Position numbers and translations under genes: made by a program
The notes under the pieces: model-generated
The model's database searches: none
Told to the model about the DNA's origin: nothing
Seen by the model: the letters and a program-made list of their open reading frames with translations, nothing else
Shown here: in pieces, positions 29,214 to 38,535 of the stretch
Layout of the letters: every line of letters begins with the position of its first letter
How positions within the stretch are numbered: the first letter of the stretch is position 1
DNA from: an uncultured virus (IMG/VR IMGVR_UViG_3300042564_001198)
Lineage: Duplodnaviria > Heunggongvirae > Uroviricota > Caudoviricetes
DNA length: 64,000 bases
IMG/VR virus record: IMGVR_UViG_3300042564_001198
Direction: 5' to 3' (one strand)

Positions 29214-29588
29214 ATGACTGATTTTACTGTGCTAGATATTGTTAAATATTTAGTTCTTTGCGGTTGTGATGTCGAAATCAAAGCTGTTAATGGAACCGTA
29301 GTGTTCGATTTAGCTACACGAACAGAATACCCTATGTACATAGCTACTGAGTTGGTGGATGGTAGGGTAAACTACAGCCCTTATGGTGATGCAGACATGT
29401 GGGCAAGCATCAACATGTCTGAATGTACTTCTCTAGAAGAATGTGTTAAAGAATTCACAAAGGAGATTAGATACCAATGTATGACAAGCACTAAACATGA
29501 AGTATCTAGTTTCTGGTTAAAGTTAATGCTTCAGCACGGTTATGCCGTAGAAGAACAACGAGTAATAACTAACGTTCGTTTTGTTTAA
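29214..29588 (+). CDS. Hypothetical protein
   Basis: ATG 29214 behind AAGGAG. Confidence 0.75.
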   Translation: MTDFTVLDIVKYLVLCGCDVEIKAVNGTVVFDLATRTEYPMYIATELVDGRVNYSPYGDADMWASINMSECTSLEECVKEFTKEIRYQCMTSTKHEVSSFWLKLMLQHGYAVEEQRVITNVRFV

Positions 29589-29602
29589 TTGAGGAGAACA
29601 TC

Positions 29603-29818
29603 ATGACTAAGCAACAGATCCTAGCACAAGCTTGGGACTTATACCACGAACATAGTCAGCTTATTACATTAGGTGCTTGTATTCGTACTGTGTGCAGTCA
29701 GATGGCTACGAAAGAACATAAACGTTTAAGCACTCTTGACGGTAATCCAGCTTTGTGTTATTTTGATGAACATTACAATGACAAATATGAACAACAATAT
29801 TTACTGGAGGGGATTTAA
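29603..29818 (+). CDS. Hypothetical protein
   Basis: 71 aa, GAGGAG RBS. Confidence 0.75.
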   Translation: MTKQQILAQAWDLYHEHSQLITLGACIRTVCSQMATKEHKRLSTLDGNPALCYFDEHYNDKYEQQYLLEGI

Positions 29819-30532
29819 ATGAGCGAGAAAGATTGGTGTGTAGTTGGGGCTGTGGTTAGGCATATATCAGGGTGTTTTGTGTTTATAGAAAAAATAACAA
29901 CAGATAATGGTGTTTACACCGCAGGGGGAAGATACTATTGTCGTACAGACTTAACACCATTGAACAATGGTTTGAATGGCTATCGTTATGGCATCGAATA
30001 TCTGACTAATGGCAAGAAGCCTGATTTACCCGACAATGTAAAAATTAGATGGACGGATTCGCAAGATTCCGCTGAAACAAGAGTATATATGTTAAACTGG
30101 AACGGTATTCTCTCATTCAAAATCATTGACACTGAATACAAACCTCATGATGAGTCAGTTACCAAGGAATCCTTGACTGATGATTGGTATGACTATGACA
30201 ACCATAAGATGTTGAGAAACCCGAAAGAAGGTTGTGTATGTGAGGTATTGTACCAAGAAGATTGGTTAGTAGCAGAAGTAGTAAAAAGTAAACATCCGTT
30301 ATCTGGATCGTTTGCTGTGTTTTATGAAAAACAATTAGCTGATGGTCGTAACTTATTCTGGAGTGGTGAAGCTAGACCTTTAGACTGGAATCGCAAAGCC
30401 GAAGCAGAGCGGAAATTAAGAAACAGAACAATCAATGGAGCTATTGATGTATTTGCATCAGCACTTGGTGATGCGGAAGGTATAGCAAAACTATATGACT
30501 TAGGATTCCTACGCATGCCGGAGGATAAATAA
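29819..30532 (+). CDS. Hypothetical protein
   Basis: 237 aa, GGAGG RBS. Confidence 0.8.
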   Translation: MSEKDWCVVGAVVRHISGCFVFIEKITTDNGVYTAGGRYYCRTDLTPLNNGLNGYRYGIEYLTNGKKPDLPDNVKIRWTDSQDSAETRVYMLNWNGILSFKIIDTEYKPHDESVTKESLTDDWYDYDNHKMLRNPKEGCVCEVLYQEDWLVAEVVKSKHPLSGSFAVFYEKQLADGRNLFWSGEARPLDWNRKAEAERKLRNRTINGAIDVFASALGDAEGIAKLYDLGFLRMPEDK

Positions 30533-30533
30533 C

Positions 30534-30722
30534 ATGTTTATCCCTATTGTAATCTTAGCCCTGATGTTATACACTGTTCCATCTGAAGCAGCACAGAAAG
30601 ATGTTGTTGTAAAAGGTAAACCAGTTAAGACAGTTGTGATGAAGGATAGAGCTGGAAGGAAGAAGGTTTGTCAGATTGTTGTTGACAAGAAGTCTAAACA
30701 GAAGGTTACTGTCTGTAAATAA
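30534..30722 (+). CDS. Small exported basic protein
   Basis: Signal-peptide-like N-terminus, Lys-rich, two Cys. Confidence 0.7.
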   Translation: MFIPIVILALMLYTVPSEAAQKDVVVKGKPVKTVVMKDRAGRKKVCQIVVDKKSKQKVTVCK

Positions 30723-30730
30723 CACAAATG

Positions 30731-30760
30731 AAAAAGCCCGCATTTAGCGGGCTTTGTTTT
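30731..30760. terminator. Bidirectional terminator at early/late convergence
   Basis: A5-GCCCGC-ATTTA-GCGGGC-TTTGTTTT. Confidence 0.85.
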
Positions 30761-30989
30761 AACGATAAATTGTACGTAAGAACCCATGTCTGTAATACTG
30801 AACTTGGTCAATATCTTTAGTCATCAAGTATTCAGTAAGTTCTCTCCAGCACTTGATTGTGAATGTACCAGAGAGTCCTTGAATGAATGCGGTTCTTCCG
30901 AAATATGAGATTGTTACTGCTGAGACAAAGAAATGCTCGTCACGGCGTTCCTGTGTTCTATAAATCTCTACGATAGATTCTGCTGACAT
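30759..30989 (-). CDS. Hypothetical protein
   Basis: 76 aa, AGGAG RBS. Confidence 0.7.
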   Translation of the reverse strand: MSAESIVEIYRTQERRDEHFFVSAVTISYFGRTAFIQGLSGTFTIKCWRELTEYLMTKDIDQVQYYRHGFLRTIYR

Positions 30990-31006
30990 AACAATCTCCT
31001 GTTAGA

Positions 31007-31318
31007 TTAGCAGCCGTCTTCTGACAATCTGAAGGCTAATTCTTCGTCCAGAATACGACCACCAGCAGTGGTGTACTGTATTCTCAGTTGACTTACTGTA
31101 CCAGCCGTACCACCACTCACCCACAAAAGAATTGTACGTTTTGCAGGATATTCATTACCTTGTGTGTCAGTGGTTGGTTGATTCGGTACAACACAACTCT
31201 CCACAACAATGGTTGCTGATGGGTCAAGGAAATACTGCACACCGGTGATGTCTTCGTCTACATCCCGAACGAATAGGTAATCCAGTTTTTCGTGAACATC
31301 TTTGTTGATGTACAGCAT
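31007..31318 (-). CDS. Probable virion fibre-associated protein
   Basis: KD..EKLDY...WVSGGTAG...TTAGGR motif seen in small phage virion proteins. Confidence 0.6.
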   Translation of the reverse strand: MLYINKDVHEKLDYLFVRDVDEDITGVQYFLDPSATIVVESCVVPNQPTTDTQGNEYPAKRTILLWVSGGTAGTVSQLRIQYTTAGGRILDEELAFRLSEDGC

Positions 31319-31330
31319 AAAAACTCCTTG

Positions 31331-31774
31331 TTAGATTTCGAATAAACCATCTGGAGTGTTTACTCGGAACAGCGAGTTAGTAGATGAGCCAGATAAACCT
31401 GCGCCTACGTTTAAATCTACGTAACCAATTAGTTGGTCAGTGCCAGTCAAAGCACCACCAGCGCGTTTCACCCAGTAGAGATATTTAGCGGTAATAGTGA
31501 CAGGATCACCAAAGCTAACGTTATCACAATCCCACAAGATTTTATCTGCTGTACGTACACAAGTCTTGCCTGTAACAACAGCAGGGGCGTAGTTGGCATC
31601 AGCAGTGATGTTAGCAGAGATGTCAGCGTATGTGCTATGAGTCAATGCTGGAGTATGTGCTTGAGTGACCAATACACCAACGATGGTGTCAGATACCCAG
31701 TTAATTTGATTGGCATTATCAGTCGTTAAAGCTTCTTTGCCGGTGTTCAGTAAAGTAAATGCGCCTACGGCCAT
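31331..31774 (-). CDS. Probable virion structural protein
   Basis: 147 aa, INWVSDTI...LIGYVD; late cluster. Confidence 0.6.
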   Translation of the reverse strand: MAVGAFTLLNTGKEALTTDNANQINWVSDTIVGVLVTQAHTPALTHSTYADISANITADANYAPAVVTGKTCVRTADKILWDCDNVSFGDPVTITAKYLYWVKRAGGALTGTDQLIGYVDLNVGAGLSGSSTNSLFRVNTPDGLFEI

Positions 31775-31785
31775 GTTGTCTTCCT

Positions 31786-34224
31786 TTATTTTATGTAAAA
31801 TGTTTTGTTTTTAGATCCACCAACGAAATATATCCGTGCAGTGTCTATTGGGTAAAAAACTGATTGAGACATTTCTAATGTCTTATAACCAAACGTGTAT
31901 GTGTTTTTAACTACGTCTAAATCCAAACCAGTAGATAATGTCGGTTGTTTACTCAGTAATGTGATATTACGTTTGACAACGCTACCTTCAAATGGTAAAT
32001 TAGTGCCGGTCTCAAGCGCTAAAGTCTTCAGCTCAACATTCAAAGGCAGTTTAACTACATCACCTTCGAAGCTCACAGAGACACCTGATGATAAAGTTAA
32101 CGATTTGAATGTAATCGGCACAGATGTCTTTAATAAAGACCCTTCAAAACTTATAGCGCTTCCAGACGACAGGGTTAACTGCTTACCTACCAAGGACAGT
32201 GATGTAAGCCCGCAATCACTTGAATAACCTCCAGAGAACGTTTGGTTCTTACTCTGTAATGTAACGGTTGTCTTGGTTACACTACCACTAAAACCTACAG
32301 AAGTGCCAGAGTCTAAGGTTAATTGCTTACCGACATATGTGTATGAAGTCTTAGCTGCATTACCTGAATAGCCAGCATTGAGTGTCAAGTTCTCATACGT
32401 TGTGGTGATGTCGGTTTTAGTTAAAGTTTCATCGAAACCGTGGTCATAAAAACTTGAAATCAAACCATTGAATACGGCTGTAGCAGCTAACTGTGTTTCA
32501 GTGTCTGTTTCATAATGTATCTTTTGATACAGAGGCCAAATCTGCACTTCATTTGGTGCGGTATTAGCACTTGTCTCAGCTATATCCGAAATCCACTGAC
32601 GTACATTGGCATAGCTTGTAAGATTCTCCCCTGAAGGGGCTACCAACAAACTGTTCGCACCGGTTAATGTTTTCAGTTGGTCGATTACAGTGTTATATCT
32701 AGATTTAAAATCAGCTTCCGCTGTTTCTAATACTGAATCACCTTCACCTATCCAACTGGATACTACTTCAACGTGTCCCGTAGCTGCTTCTGCATTATAG
32801 AATGTCAGCATTCGGTTATTTAGCGCTTGACTAGGTTGCCATTGAGCTAACGATGTACCGCCCGCAGCAACGCCGATAAACAATACTGGACAATTAAGTG
32901 CTGCTGTGAGGTTAGTTGCCAGTAGTGGGAATATAGAACCGTTAACTGTATATGTATCAAATGGGTCAGCAGTGGCTGTTACTTGAGTATTAGTTTCTAT
33001 GGTGCGTTTACGCCACCAACCTACTGGTCCAGTGTATGTCTGAGGATTGTTAGCTCTACCTGAGTAGTTTGATTGGCCCCAGAATAAGAATTTAGCACCA
33101 ACTGCAACATTAGCATGACTATCTGTAGCAGTCACGAAGTTTGATACACGTACTTCTACAGCACCGACACCACAGGCTTGGTTGGTTAGCGTACCACTGA
33201 ACGTTGTTGTAGGGGCTGCATCAACTACTTGCCAAGCACCACCATTAAATCTTGCTTCGATTGTTGCACCAACACCTAAGCTAGTGCAAGTACCCGATAC
33301 GGCAATGTTACCTTTATTGGTTGCTTTATCACGAGCTAAAAATACGTCTGTTGCTGGAGTAACTAAAAGAATGGTAGGGTTTGATGATGTTACAATACCA
33401 CGGTCATTACCAGAAGGACCAGTACCATCCAGCACGCCACCAGTTGCAGCCGTGAAGACATCACCAGCGTAGTTAGTGAACGCCGCTGAGGTAACACCAG
33501 TTAATGCACCAGTACCAGATGCACTAGTATCTCCTGATGCCATGAAACTAACTGTAGCTGCTGTGGTTGCGCCAAAGAAGTCCACCACACTGTTGCCGTA
33601 GGCGACCACGTTTTCGATCACGGTGCCCGCGACGTCTTTGCGCATCCCGCAATATGACGCAGTGGTGCCGGCTTCAATGTTACACCCAGCGATCACCACG
33701 TTGCGTGCTGTCACACCTGCAAAAGCCGCTTGAATGCCCGCCCGATACGCACCCTCAACAACCGTATTTTCAACCAGTAGTGTGCCACCAGATACAGAAT
33801 TTTGGCAACCATGCCTGCCGCCGCGCAACCAACAACCACGAATTGTTACATTCGCTACAGCACTGCCGGTATTAATCAGCGATGTTGTTGGGTTAGTGCT
33901 TGTACCACGTACTTCAATGTTTTCGATAGTTAATTTTGCTGAACCAGTACTCGGTATGTTGATACCGCCACCGGCAGAGATGATAGCGTGGGCTTTTGTG
34001 GGGTCTGTAGGATCAAACTCTAATCCTGCTGCTGCACGGATCACAACCTCCATCGCATAGTTGCCTGTGGTAGCTAACCCTGTACTCAGACCTCCGGTTG
34101 TGGTAATAATCTCACCGATGTACCTATCTCCCGCACCACCAGTTCTAGCAGCAAACCAAGTTTGATAGTTTGCGAAATCAGCACCAGATCCAGCAGCACC
34201 AATCGTCTTAATTACATCAGCCAT
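31786..34224 (-). CDS. Multidomain fibre: beta-helix-like N-terminus, SGNH/SASA-type esterase, C-terminal repeats
   Basis: WGQSN, GGTSL..W, WIGEGD, KIHY; about 8 repeats of ~25 aa at the C-terminus. Confidence 0.75.
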   Translation of the reverse strand: MADVIKTIGAAGSGADFANYQTWFAARTGGAGDRYIGEIITTTGGLSTGLATTGNYAMEVVIRAAAGLEFDPTDPTKAHAIISAGGGINIPSTGSAKLTIENIEVRGTSTNPTTSLINTGSAVANVTIRGCWLRGGRHGCQNSVSGGTLLVENTVVEGAYRAGIQAAFAGVTARNVVIAGCNIEAGTTASYCGMRKDVAGTVIENVVAYGNSVVDFFGATTAATVSFMASGDTSASGTGALTGVTSAAFTNYAGDVFTAATGGVLDGTGPSGNDRGIVTSSNPTILLVTPATDVFLARDKATNKGNIAVSGTCTSLGVGATIEARFNGGAWQVVDAAPTTTFSGTLTNQACGVGAVEVRVSNFVTATDSHANVAVGAKFLFWGQSNYSGRANNPQTYTGPVGWWRKRTIETNTQVTATADPFDTYTVNGSIFPLLATNLTAALNCPVLFIGVAAGGTSLAQWQPSQALNNRMLTFYNAEAATGHVEVVSSWIGEGDSVLETAEADFKSRYNTVIDQLKTLTGANSLLVAPSGENLTSYANVRQWISDIAETSANTAPNEVQIWPLYQKIHYETDTETQLAATAVFNGLISSFYDHGFDETLTKTDITTTYENLTLNAGYSGNAAKTSYTYVGKQLTLDSGTSVGFSGSVTKTTVTLQSKNQTFSGGYSSDCGLTSLSLVGKQLTLSSGSAISFEGSLLKTSVPITFKSLTLSSGVSVSFEGDVVKLPLNVELKTLALETGTNLPFEGSVVKRNITLLSKQPTLSTGLDLDVVKNTYTFGYKTLEMSQSVFYPIDTARIYFVGGSKNKTFYIK

Positions 34225-34439
34225 TATTTGTCCTCAATACTCTCCGTTGTGACCATCCTTAAATATGCGCCTACCGTAGCGATGATAACAAATACGATAC
34301 CGTAATGCTCTCCAAGAACATCATAAAACAGATGTAAGTTATATTCTAGGATGCCGATGAATGCTAAGAGCATATTAAACAGCATCGTCTTACTCTTTTT
34401 GAGCTTAGTAAGAAAGCTTTTAGTGAATACTTTACCCAT
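34224..34439 (-). CDS. Holin-like membrane protein
   Basis: 71 aa, two TM segments, KSKT..FN and LR..TT motif, next to lysozyme. Confidence 0.65.
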   Translation of the reverse strand: MGKVFTKSFLTKLKKSKTMLFNMLLAFIGILEYNLHLFYDVLGEHYGIVFVIIATVGAYLRMVTTESIEDK

Positions 34440-34467
34440 GAGAGGATTCCTATTTGAATAGCGATAT

Positions 34468-34561
34468 AACGCTCTAGGAAGCGCTACAGTAGATTATCTC
34501 GTGAAGGGAATACGAATGTGTAGGGAATTAATATAATTGATTGTAGAGCGTTACAGAGCGT
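34468..34561. repeat. Dispersed ~90-bp AACGCTCT element (related copies at ~474, 1159, 5255, 21689)
   Basis: AACGCTCT...ATAATTGATTGTAGAGCGTT; aligns with 5255-5343, and its reverse complement aligns with 474-500. Confidence 0.7.
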
Positions 34562-34562
34562 A

Positions 34563-35036
34563 TTACGGAATCTCTCCGTTAGTGAGATAATAGCGAATGA
34601 TTTCCCCACGTTCCATTTGCTCTACATGACGCTTAGCTCTGTTAGGAGTTTGCTTAGCCCATTTACTATTTAACATCTCTTTAGCCGCCAAGCCAAAGTC
34701 TCCATTGCTTAGAGCCATCCACATCTTTTGAAATTGAGATACGCCAGTAAGACCAAGCTGATATGCCATAGAAATAAGGATCGCTTGTCTAGCTTGATTG
34801 CATTTATTCCAAGCAACACTATAACGTGACATTAATGCGTAGGATAACTCACGAATCTTTTCTTTGACGAAGATAATCTCTTTTTCTTTTGTTGTTACTT
34901 CGTTTGTTAAAGGTGCATTCTTCTTGTCTGAAACCTTACGTCCGTACCCTGTAGTCACGTAGTGTTCCGAGCAGTAATATTGACGGCTTGACCAGCCTTC
35001 TTCAATAGTGATTACGTTCTCTGCTGTCTTCGACAT
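34563..35036 (-). CDS. Endolysin, T4-lysozyme-like (GH24)
   Basis: EEG...Y.C.....T.GYG, MAYQLG, F.KM..AL, EMLNSKWAKQTPNRAKR. Confidence 0.92.
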   Translation of the reverse strand: MSKTAENVITIEEGWSSRQYYCSEHYVTTGYGRKVSDKKNAPLTNEVTTKEKEIIFVKEKIRELSYALMSRYSVAWNKCNQARQAILISMAYQLGLTGVSQFQKMWMALSNGDFGLAAKEMLNSKWAKQTPNRAKRHVEQMERGEIIRYYLTNGEIP

Positions 35037-35404
35037 GGTAATTTCCACTCACTCTTATATGTGAGAGCCAGCAGGTATAGCTGCATCATCACGATTTGTA
35101 TTGTATGTAGGTAGTGGTATATAGGAGATTTGTATTCATGTAGAAATTCAAAAAGAAACACAGAAGAATACATCAAACAAATAATACCAGCCCACCTGAA
35201 ATCTGTACGATTAAACTTGAAACAAATAACAGCCAGAATTACATTCAAGACAATGTGCCTAAAATAATAAAACTGGCTGTCTGATAACCAGAACAAATAC
35301 TCAGAGAAAAACATACAACCACTAATTAATATCATTAACTTAATGTCTTCATCCTTACTTAAAAGTAAGATAATGCACATAAATAATAAAGTAATTAGTG
35401 TCAT
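35012..35404 (-). CDS. Multi-pass membrane protein
   Basis: 130 aa, several hydrophobic segments. Confidence 0.7.
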   Translation of the reverse strand: MTLITLLFMCIILLLSKDEDIKLMILISGCMFFSEYLFWLSDSQFYYFRHIVLNVILAVICFKFNRTDFRWAGIICLMYSSVFLFEFLHEYKSPIYHYLHTIQIVMMQLYLLALTYKSEWKLPCRRQQRT

Positions 35405-35516
35405 TGTTTCTCCTTAGTCTTGTTTTGGCGGATCTTCTTTCTCTGGTGGTGGCTCTTCACCCGGCTGAAAACTATATTTATATTCAATCATAATCCGTTC
35501 CTTTTCGTGTGTCAAA

Positions 35517-35816
35517 TTATTTAGATTGGTTTCTTTCTTTCTGTAGAGCTGTCTGAACCGCCATCTCTTTCTGAATCTCTAAGACGGCGGTGAGGACGTG
35601 TTTTAAGTCTACTTTCAATTCCTTCTGTTCAGCTCGGATTGGTTCGATAATTTCTTGTACCATTTTCTTAGCTTCTTCAGAGGTAATGAATTCTTTATGT
35701 GCTGTTTCCAGTTTGCTGATTTTAGCATCCTGTTTGTTCCATAACCATCCACCCACGGCTATGAGACCGGCCCATCCCCATTGTCCAAACTTTACCATAA
35801 ACACTTCAAAACTCAC
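35517..35816 (-). CDS. Membrane-anchored coiled-coil protein (holin/antiholin-like)
   Basis: N-terminal TM followed by coiled coil; lysis cluster. Confidence 0.55.
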   Translation of the reverse strand: MSFEVFMVKFGQWGWAGLIAVGGWLWNKQDAKISKLETAHKEFITSEEAKKMVQEIIEPIRAEQKELKVDLKHVLTAVLEIQKEMAVQTALQKERNQSK

Positions 35817-36255
35817 CTTTAACTCCTTTAAATAATGTTTTGCCCCTATATAACCAAATCCCTTCAGGAGTGGCTTTGTAGCATTTATCTAATCGAATAC
35901 CCAAACATTCAGCAATGTATTCAGCACACTGATACCGCTTATCAACAGAGAGGTTGAGTCGGAAAGCTAAACCGAATACACCAAAGTAATCATAGCCACA
36001 ACCTAGCAGTGATTTAGCTGTTGTGTACACTTCGTTAGCGTCAGTAACATCTACTTCAATGATTTCCCAATCACCTCTGTAGCGTTGCTTGAATTCAATC
36101 AGAGGAGTCTTAACAACCCCTTTGAATGCTGCTGACTCATATACATAATCACCAGCTACTAAACCAATATGGCTCCAGCGACTATCTGTTACAGCTTTGA
36201 TTGCATAACTGAATGGGTTCTTACCTTTACCAACAATCAACCTAACCGTTTGCAT
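35806..36255 (-). CDS. Permuted papain-like (YiiX/YaeF, NlpC/P60) amidase
   Basis: WSHIG...GYDY...YQCAEY (His before Cys). Confidence 0.85.
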   Translation of the reverse strand: MQTVRLIVGKGKNPFSYAIKAVTDSRWSHIGLVAGDYVYESAAFKGVVKTPLIEFKQRYRGDWEIIEVDVTDANEVYTTAKSLLGCGYDYFGVFGLAFRLNLSVDKRYQCAEYIAECLGIRLDKCYKATPEGIWLYRGKTLFKGVKGEF

Positions 36256-36258
36256 ATT

Positions 36259-36645
36259 TTATCCCTGATGAAAGACTTCAAACGTGTCAGGACGAAAAGA
36301 CAGTTTGTAACGGACGTGCCAGAACAGTTTACCGATAACGTCTGTTGGGATCTCTGGTAATGTACCACCAGTCATTTTCTTTAATGTAGGTGCTGCTTCT
36401 TTACCAAAAGCATCAAACATCCCTTTAAAATCACCTTTGTATTTTTCAACAATCAGGCGTTGTGCATCTGACCACACATACACCAATTCCCAATCTTGAT
36501 AAGTTTCTGTAGCCCCACCTGCTGACTTCTGTTTGGTCATATAGATATGCCATTCATCATCCGTATCTGCGTTGATACCGACTGCACATTTATATCCACC
36601 GCTTACAAAATTAAAATCTGCGCCGTCGGGTTTGTAGCCTTTCAT
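36259..36645 (-). CDS. Hypothetical protein
   Basis: 128 aa. Confidence 0.75.
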   Translation of the reverse strand: MKGYKPDGADFNFVSGGYKCAVGINADTDDEWHIYMTKQKSAGGATETYQDWELVYVWSDAQRLIVEKYKGDFKGMFDAFGKEAAPTLKKMTGGTLPEIPTDVIGKLFWHVRYKLSFRPDTFEVFHQG

Positions 36646-36974
36646 AAAGCACCTCTATAAATTTCTGTTTCTAATATTGGAGAGTTTAGTATTTGGTTTA
36701 CACGTTCTTCTGTAAGGACTTCGATGCTTTTTAAATAGAGAAGTCCCTGCTTAAACTCATTACGTTTCAAGTCTACATAGAAGCCGGAATCCAATATGTC
36801 GTAGAAGTCAAACACCGCAGGGTTGGTGGAGGTCAACAGGCGAATAGTGGTCCTTTCTTCTGGAGTAAATCGAAGTTTCGCTGCCTGAATAGTAATCCTA
36901 TGATGTTTCTCTGGTTCAGCAGGCTCTCCGTCAGTGAATATAGCGTGAGTGCCATTATCAAATATTTTCTTCAT
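36642..36974 (-). CDS. Tail fibre assembly-type protein
   Basis: LRFTPEER...VDL...L.EERVNQIL; follows fibre genes. Confidence 0.6.
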   Translation of the reverse strand: MKKIFDNGTHAIFTDGEPAEPEKHHRITIQAAKLRFTPEERTTIRLLTSTNPAVFDFYDILDSGFYVDLKRNEFKQGLLYLKSIEVLTEERVNQILNSPILETEIYRGAL

Positions 36975-37399
36975 TTTATTGGCCTGACATGGTACTGGAG
37001 CGTTACTGTATTTACTGTAGTAGTTTGTATTTGTAAACTAAAAGAAGAATTGCACATAATTTCTTCAGAAATTGACATTCCTTGTCCTGCTGATATTGTA
37101 GCGGGCGACAATAAATACAAAGGGTCAATTCCTCCAGACGAGAATGTAGTATTCCAAATTTCTTCAGAATCAATGACACAACGTATTATAATATTCTCGG
37201 CAGCGGTTAATCCAGAAATAGATAATTGTTTTATAGAGAACTTACCGCTCAAAGACAACAGTGTACGAAGTCCTGTACTAGCGTTGTTGATAACCACTTG
37301 CTTAGTACCCAAGCTCCCTATCTGAGATGGAAAATTCAGATCTGGGGCAAGGCGAGGAAGACCTCCGCCACCTGACGCTGCTTTTAAACTAATAGGCAT
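36971..37399 (-). CDS. Tail fibre-associated protein
   Basis: 142 aa, MPISLK..SGGGG start. Confidence 0.6.
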   Translation of the reverse strand: MPISLKAASGGGGLPRLAPDLNFPSQIGSLGTKQVVINNASTGLRTLLSLSGKFSIKQLSISGLTAAENIIIRCVIDSEEIWNTTFSSGGIDPLYLLSPATISAGQGMSISEEIMCNSSFSLQIQTTTVNTVTLQYHVRPIK

Positions 37400-37705
37400 T
37401 TATACCTCCCACTCCGTACCATTCCATACAAAAATAATCTCAGCTTCAATATCAAACAAAACACTAGAATCTGTCCCCAGACTTGTCTTGATTAATACTG
37501 TACTGCCGAAACGCTGAATTGTAGGAACAACACCTATTTTCTTTGTAAATGTTACCTTGTCACCAACAGATAATGTTGATGTATTTGGTAACGTAATTGT
37601 TGAAGCTGTTGTAACATGATATGTCCAACTAGCCACAGTATTTGAGTTAGCGGATAATACTTTATATTTATCTCTAACTAATGAAGCCTTACCTTGACCA
37701 GCCAT
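37400..37705 (-). CDS. Tail fibre-associated protein
   Basis: Shares the LP...G.KV...K...FVWNG..WE domain with the C-terminus of the upstream fibre. Confidence 0.65.
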   Translation of the reverse strand: MAGQGKASLVRDKYKVLSANSNTVASWTYHVTTASTITLPNTSTLSVGDKVTFTKKIGVVPTIQRFGSTVLIKTSLGTDSSVLFDIEAEIIFVWNGTEWEV

Positions 37706-38517
37706 TAGAAATTACACTCCCATACAGTTCCTGTCCATGTGAATACAAAACGGGAATTTGTGTCTAATACAAAAGAGTCATAATCCGCTGCGTCAGCAGC
37801 ACTATTACCAACTCTAATTTGTTCAGTAGCAATATTATTACATTGGACTGTTACTACATTACCTGAAGCTTTATATACTTCTACTTTACTGCCAGCAGCT
37901 AAGCCGGAGATAGAAGGTAATGTTTGTGTAGTGTTGCCAGTAACAATATTATTCTCACCGACAATCAATGCACCTGAAGTAGACAATACTTTAGCAAGAC
38001 TAAACATCTGCTGAACTGTTCTACCGCCAGTTGTGTCAATAGATGACGCTGGGTGAGCGTTAGGATCTGACCTAAAGGTCAGTCCTCTGTGGTCAAAAGC
38101 AGGGGCATCAGAATTGATTACAGTTGTCATTGCGGTGTTATCAAGTTTTACCCTGATAGTACCAACATAAGTGAAACCATATTCTGTTGTCGGTGTTTGA
38201 ATTACTTGGTTGTTAATTGTACCGTAAGCAATCAAAACACCAGTACTATCATAGATGCCAACTTCACGTAATGTTACACCACCGAACGTTCTCGGAATGT
38301 ACCCACTTACTGCAATCACTGTGGGGTCTGCAGTATCTTTAATTGGATTAGAGCAATTAACCCTAATTACTTCATTTACCAGAGATGTTCTGGTAGGGTC
38401 AACGGCAGGGAGAGACCCACTGCCGTCACCAAATGCCATACTTAAAAGAGTAACAGGCGCCATTGGAGTGGCTACTAATAATTTAGCCCTACCTACATCT
38501 GTTAAAATTGTAGCCAT
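37705..38517 (-). CDS. Tail fibre protein (P2 gpH/DUF3751-like N-terminus)
   Basis: ILTDVGRAKL...AFGDG...LVNEV...GGVTLREVG. Confidence 0.85.
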   Translation of the reverse strand: MATILTDVGRAKLLVATPMAPVTLLSMAFGDGSGSLPAVDPTRTSLVNEVIRVNCSNPIKDTADPTVIAVSGYIPRTFGGVTLREVGIYDSTGVLIAYGTINNQVIQTPTTEYGFTYVGTIRVKLDNTAMTTVINSDAPAFDHRGLTFRSDPNAHPASSIDTTGGRTVQQMFSLAKVLSTSGALIVGENNIVTGNTTQTLPSISGLAAGSKVEVYKASGNVVTVQCNNIATEQIRVGNSAADAADYDSFVLDTNSRFVFTWTGTVWECNF

Positions 38518-38535
38518 TTTATTTCCTGTATTATA

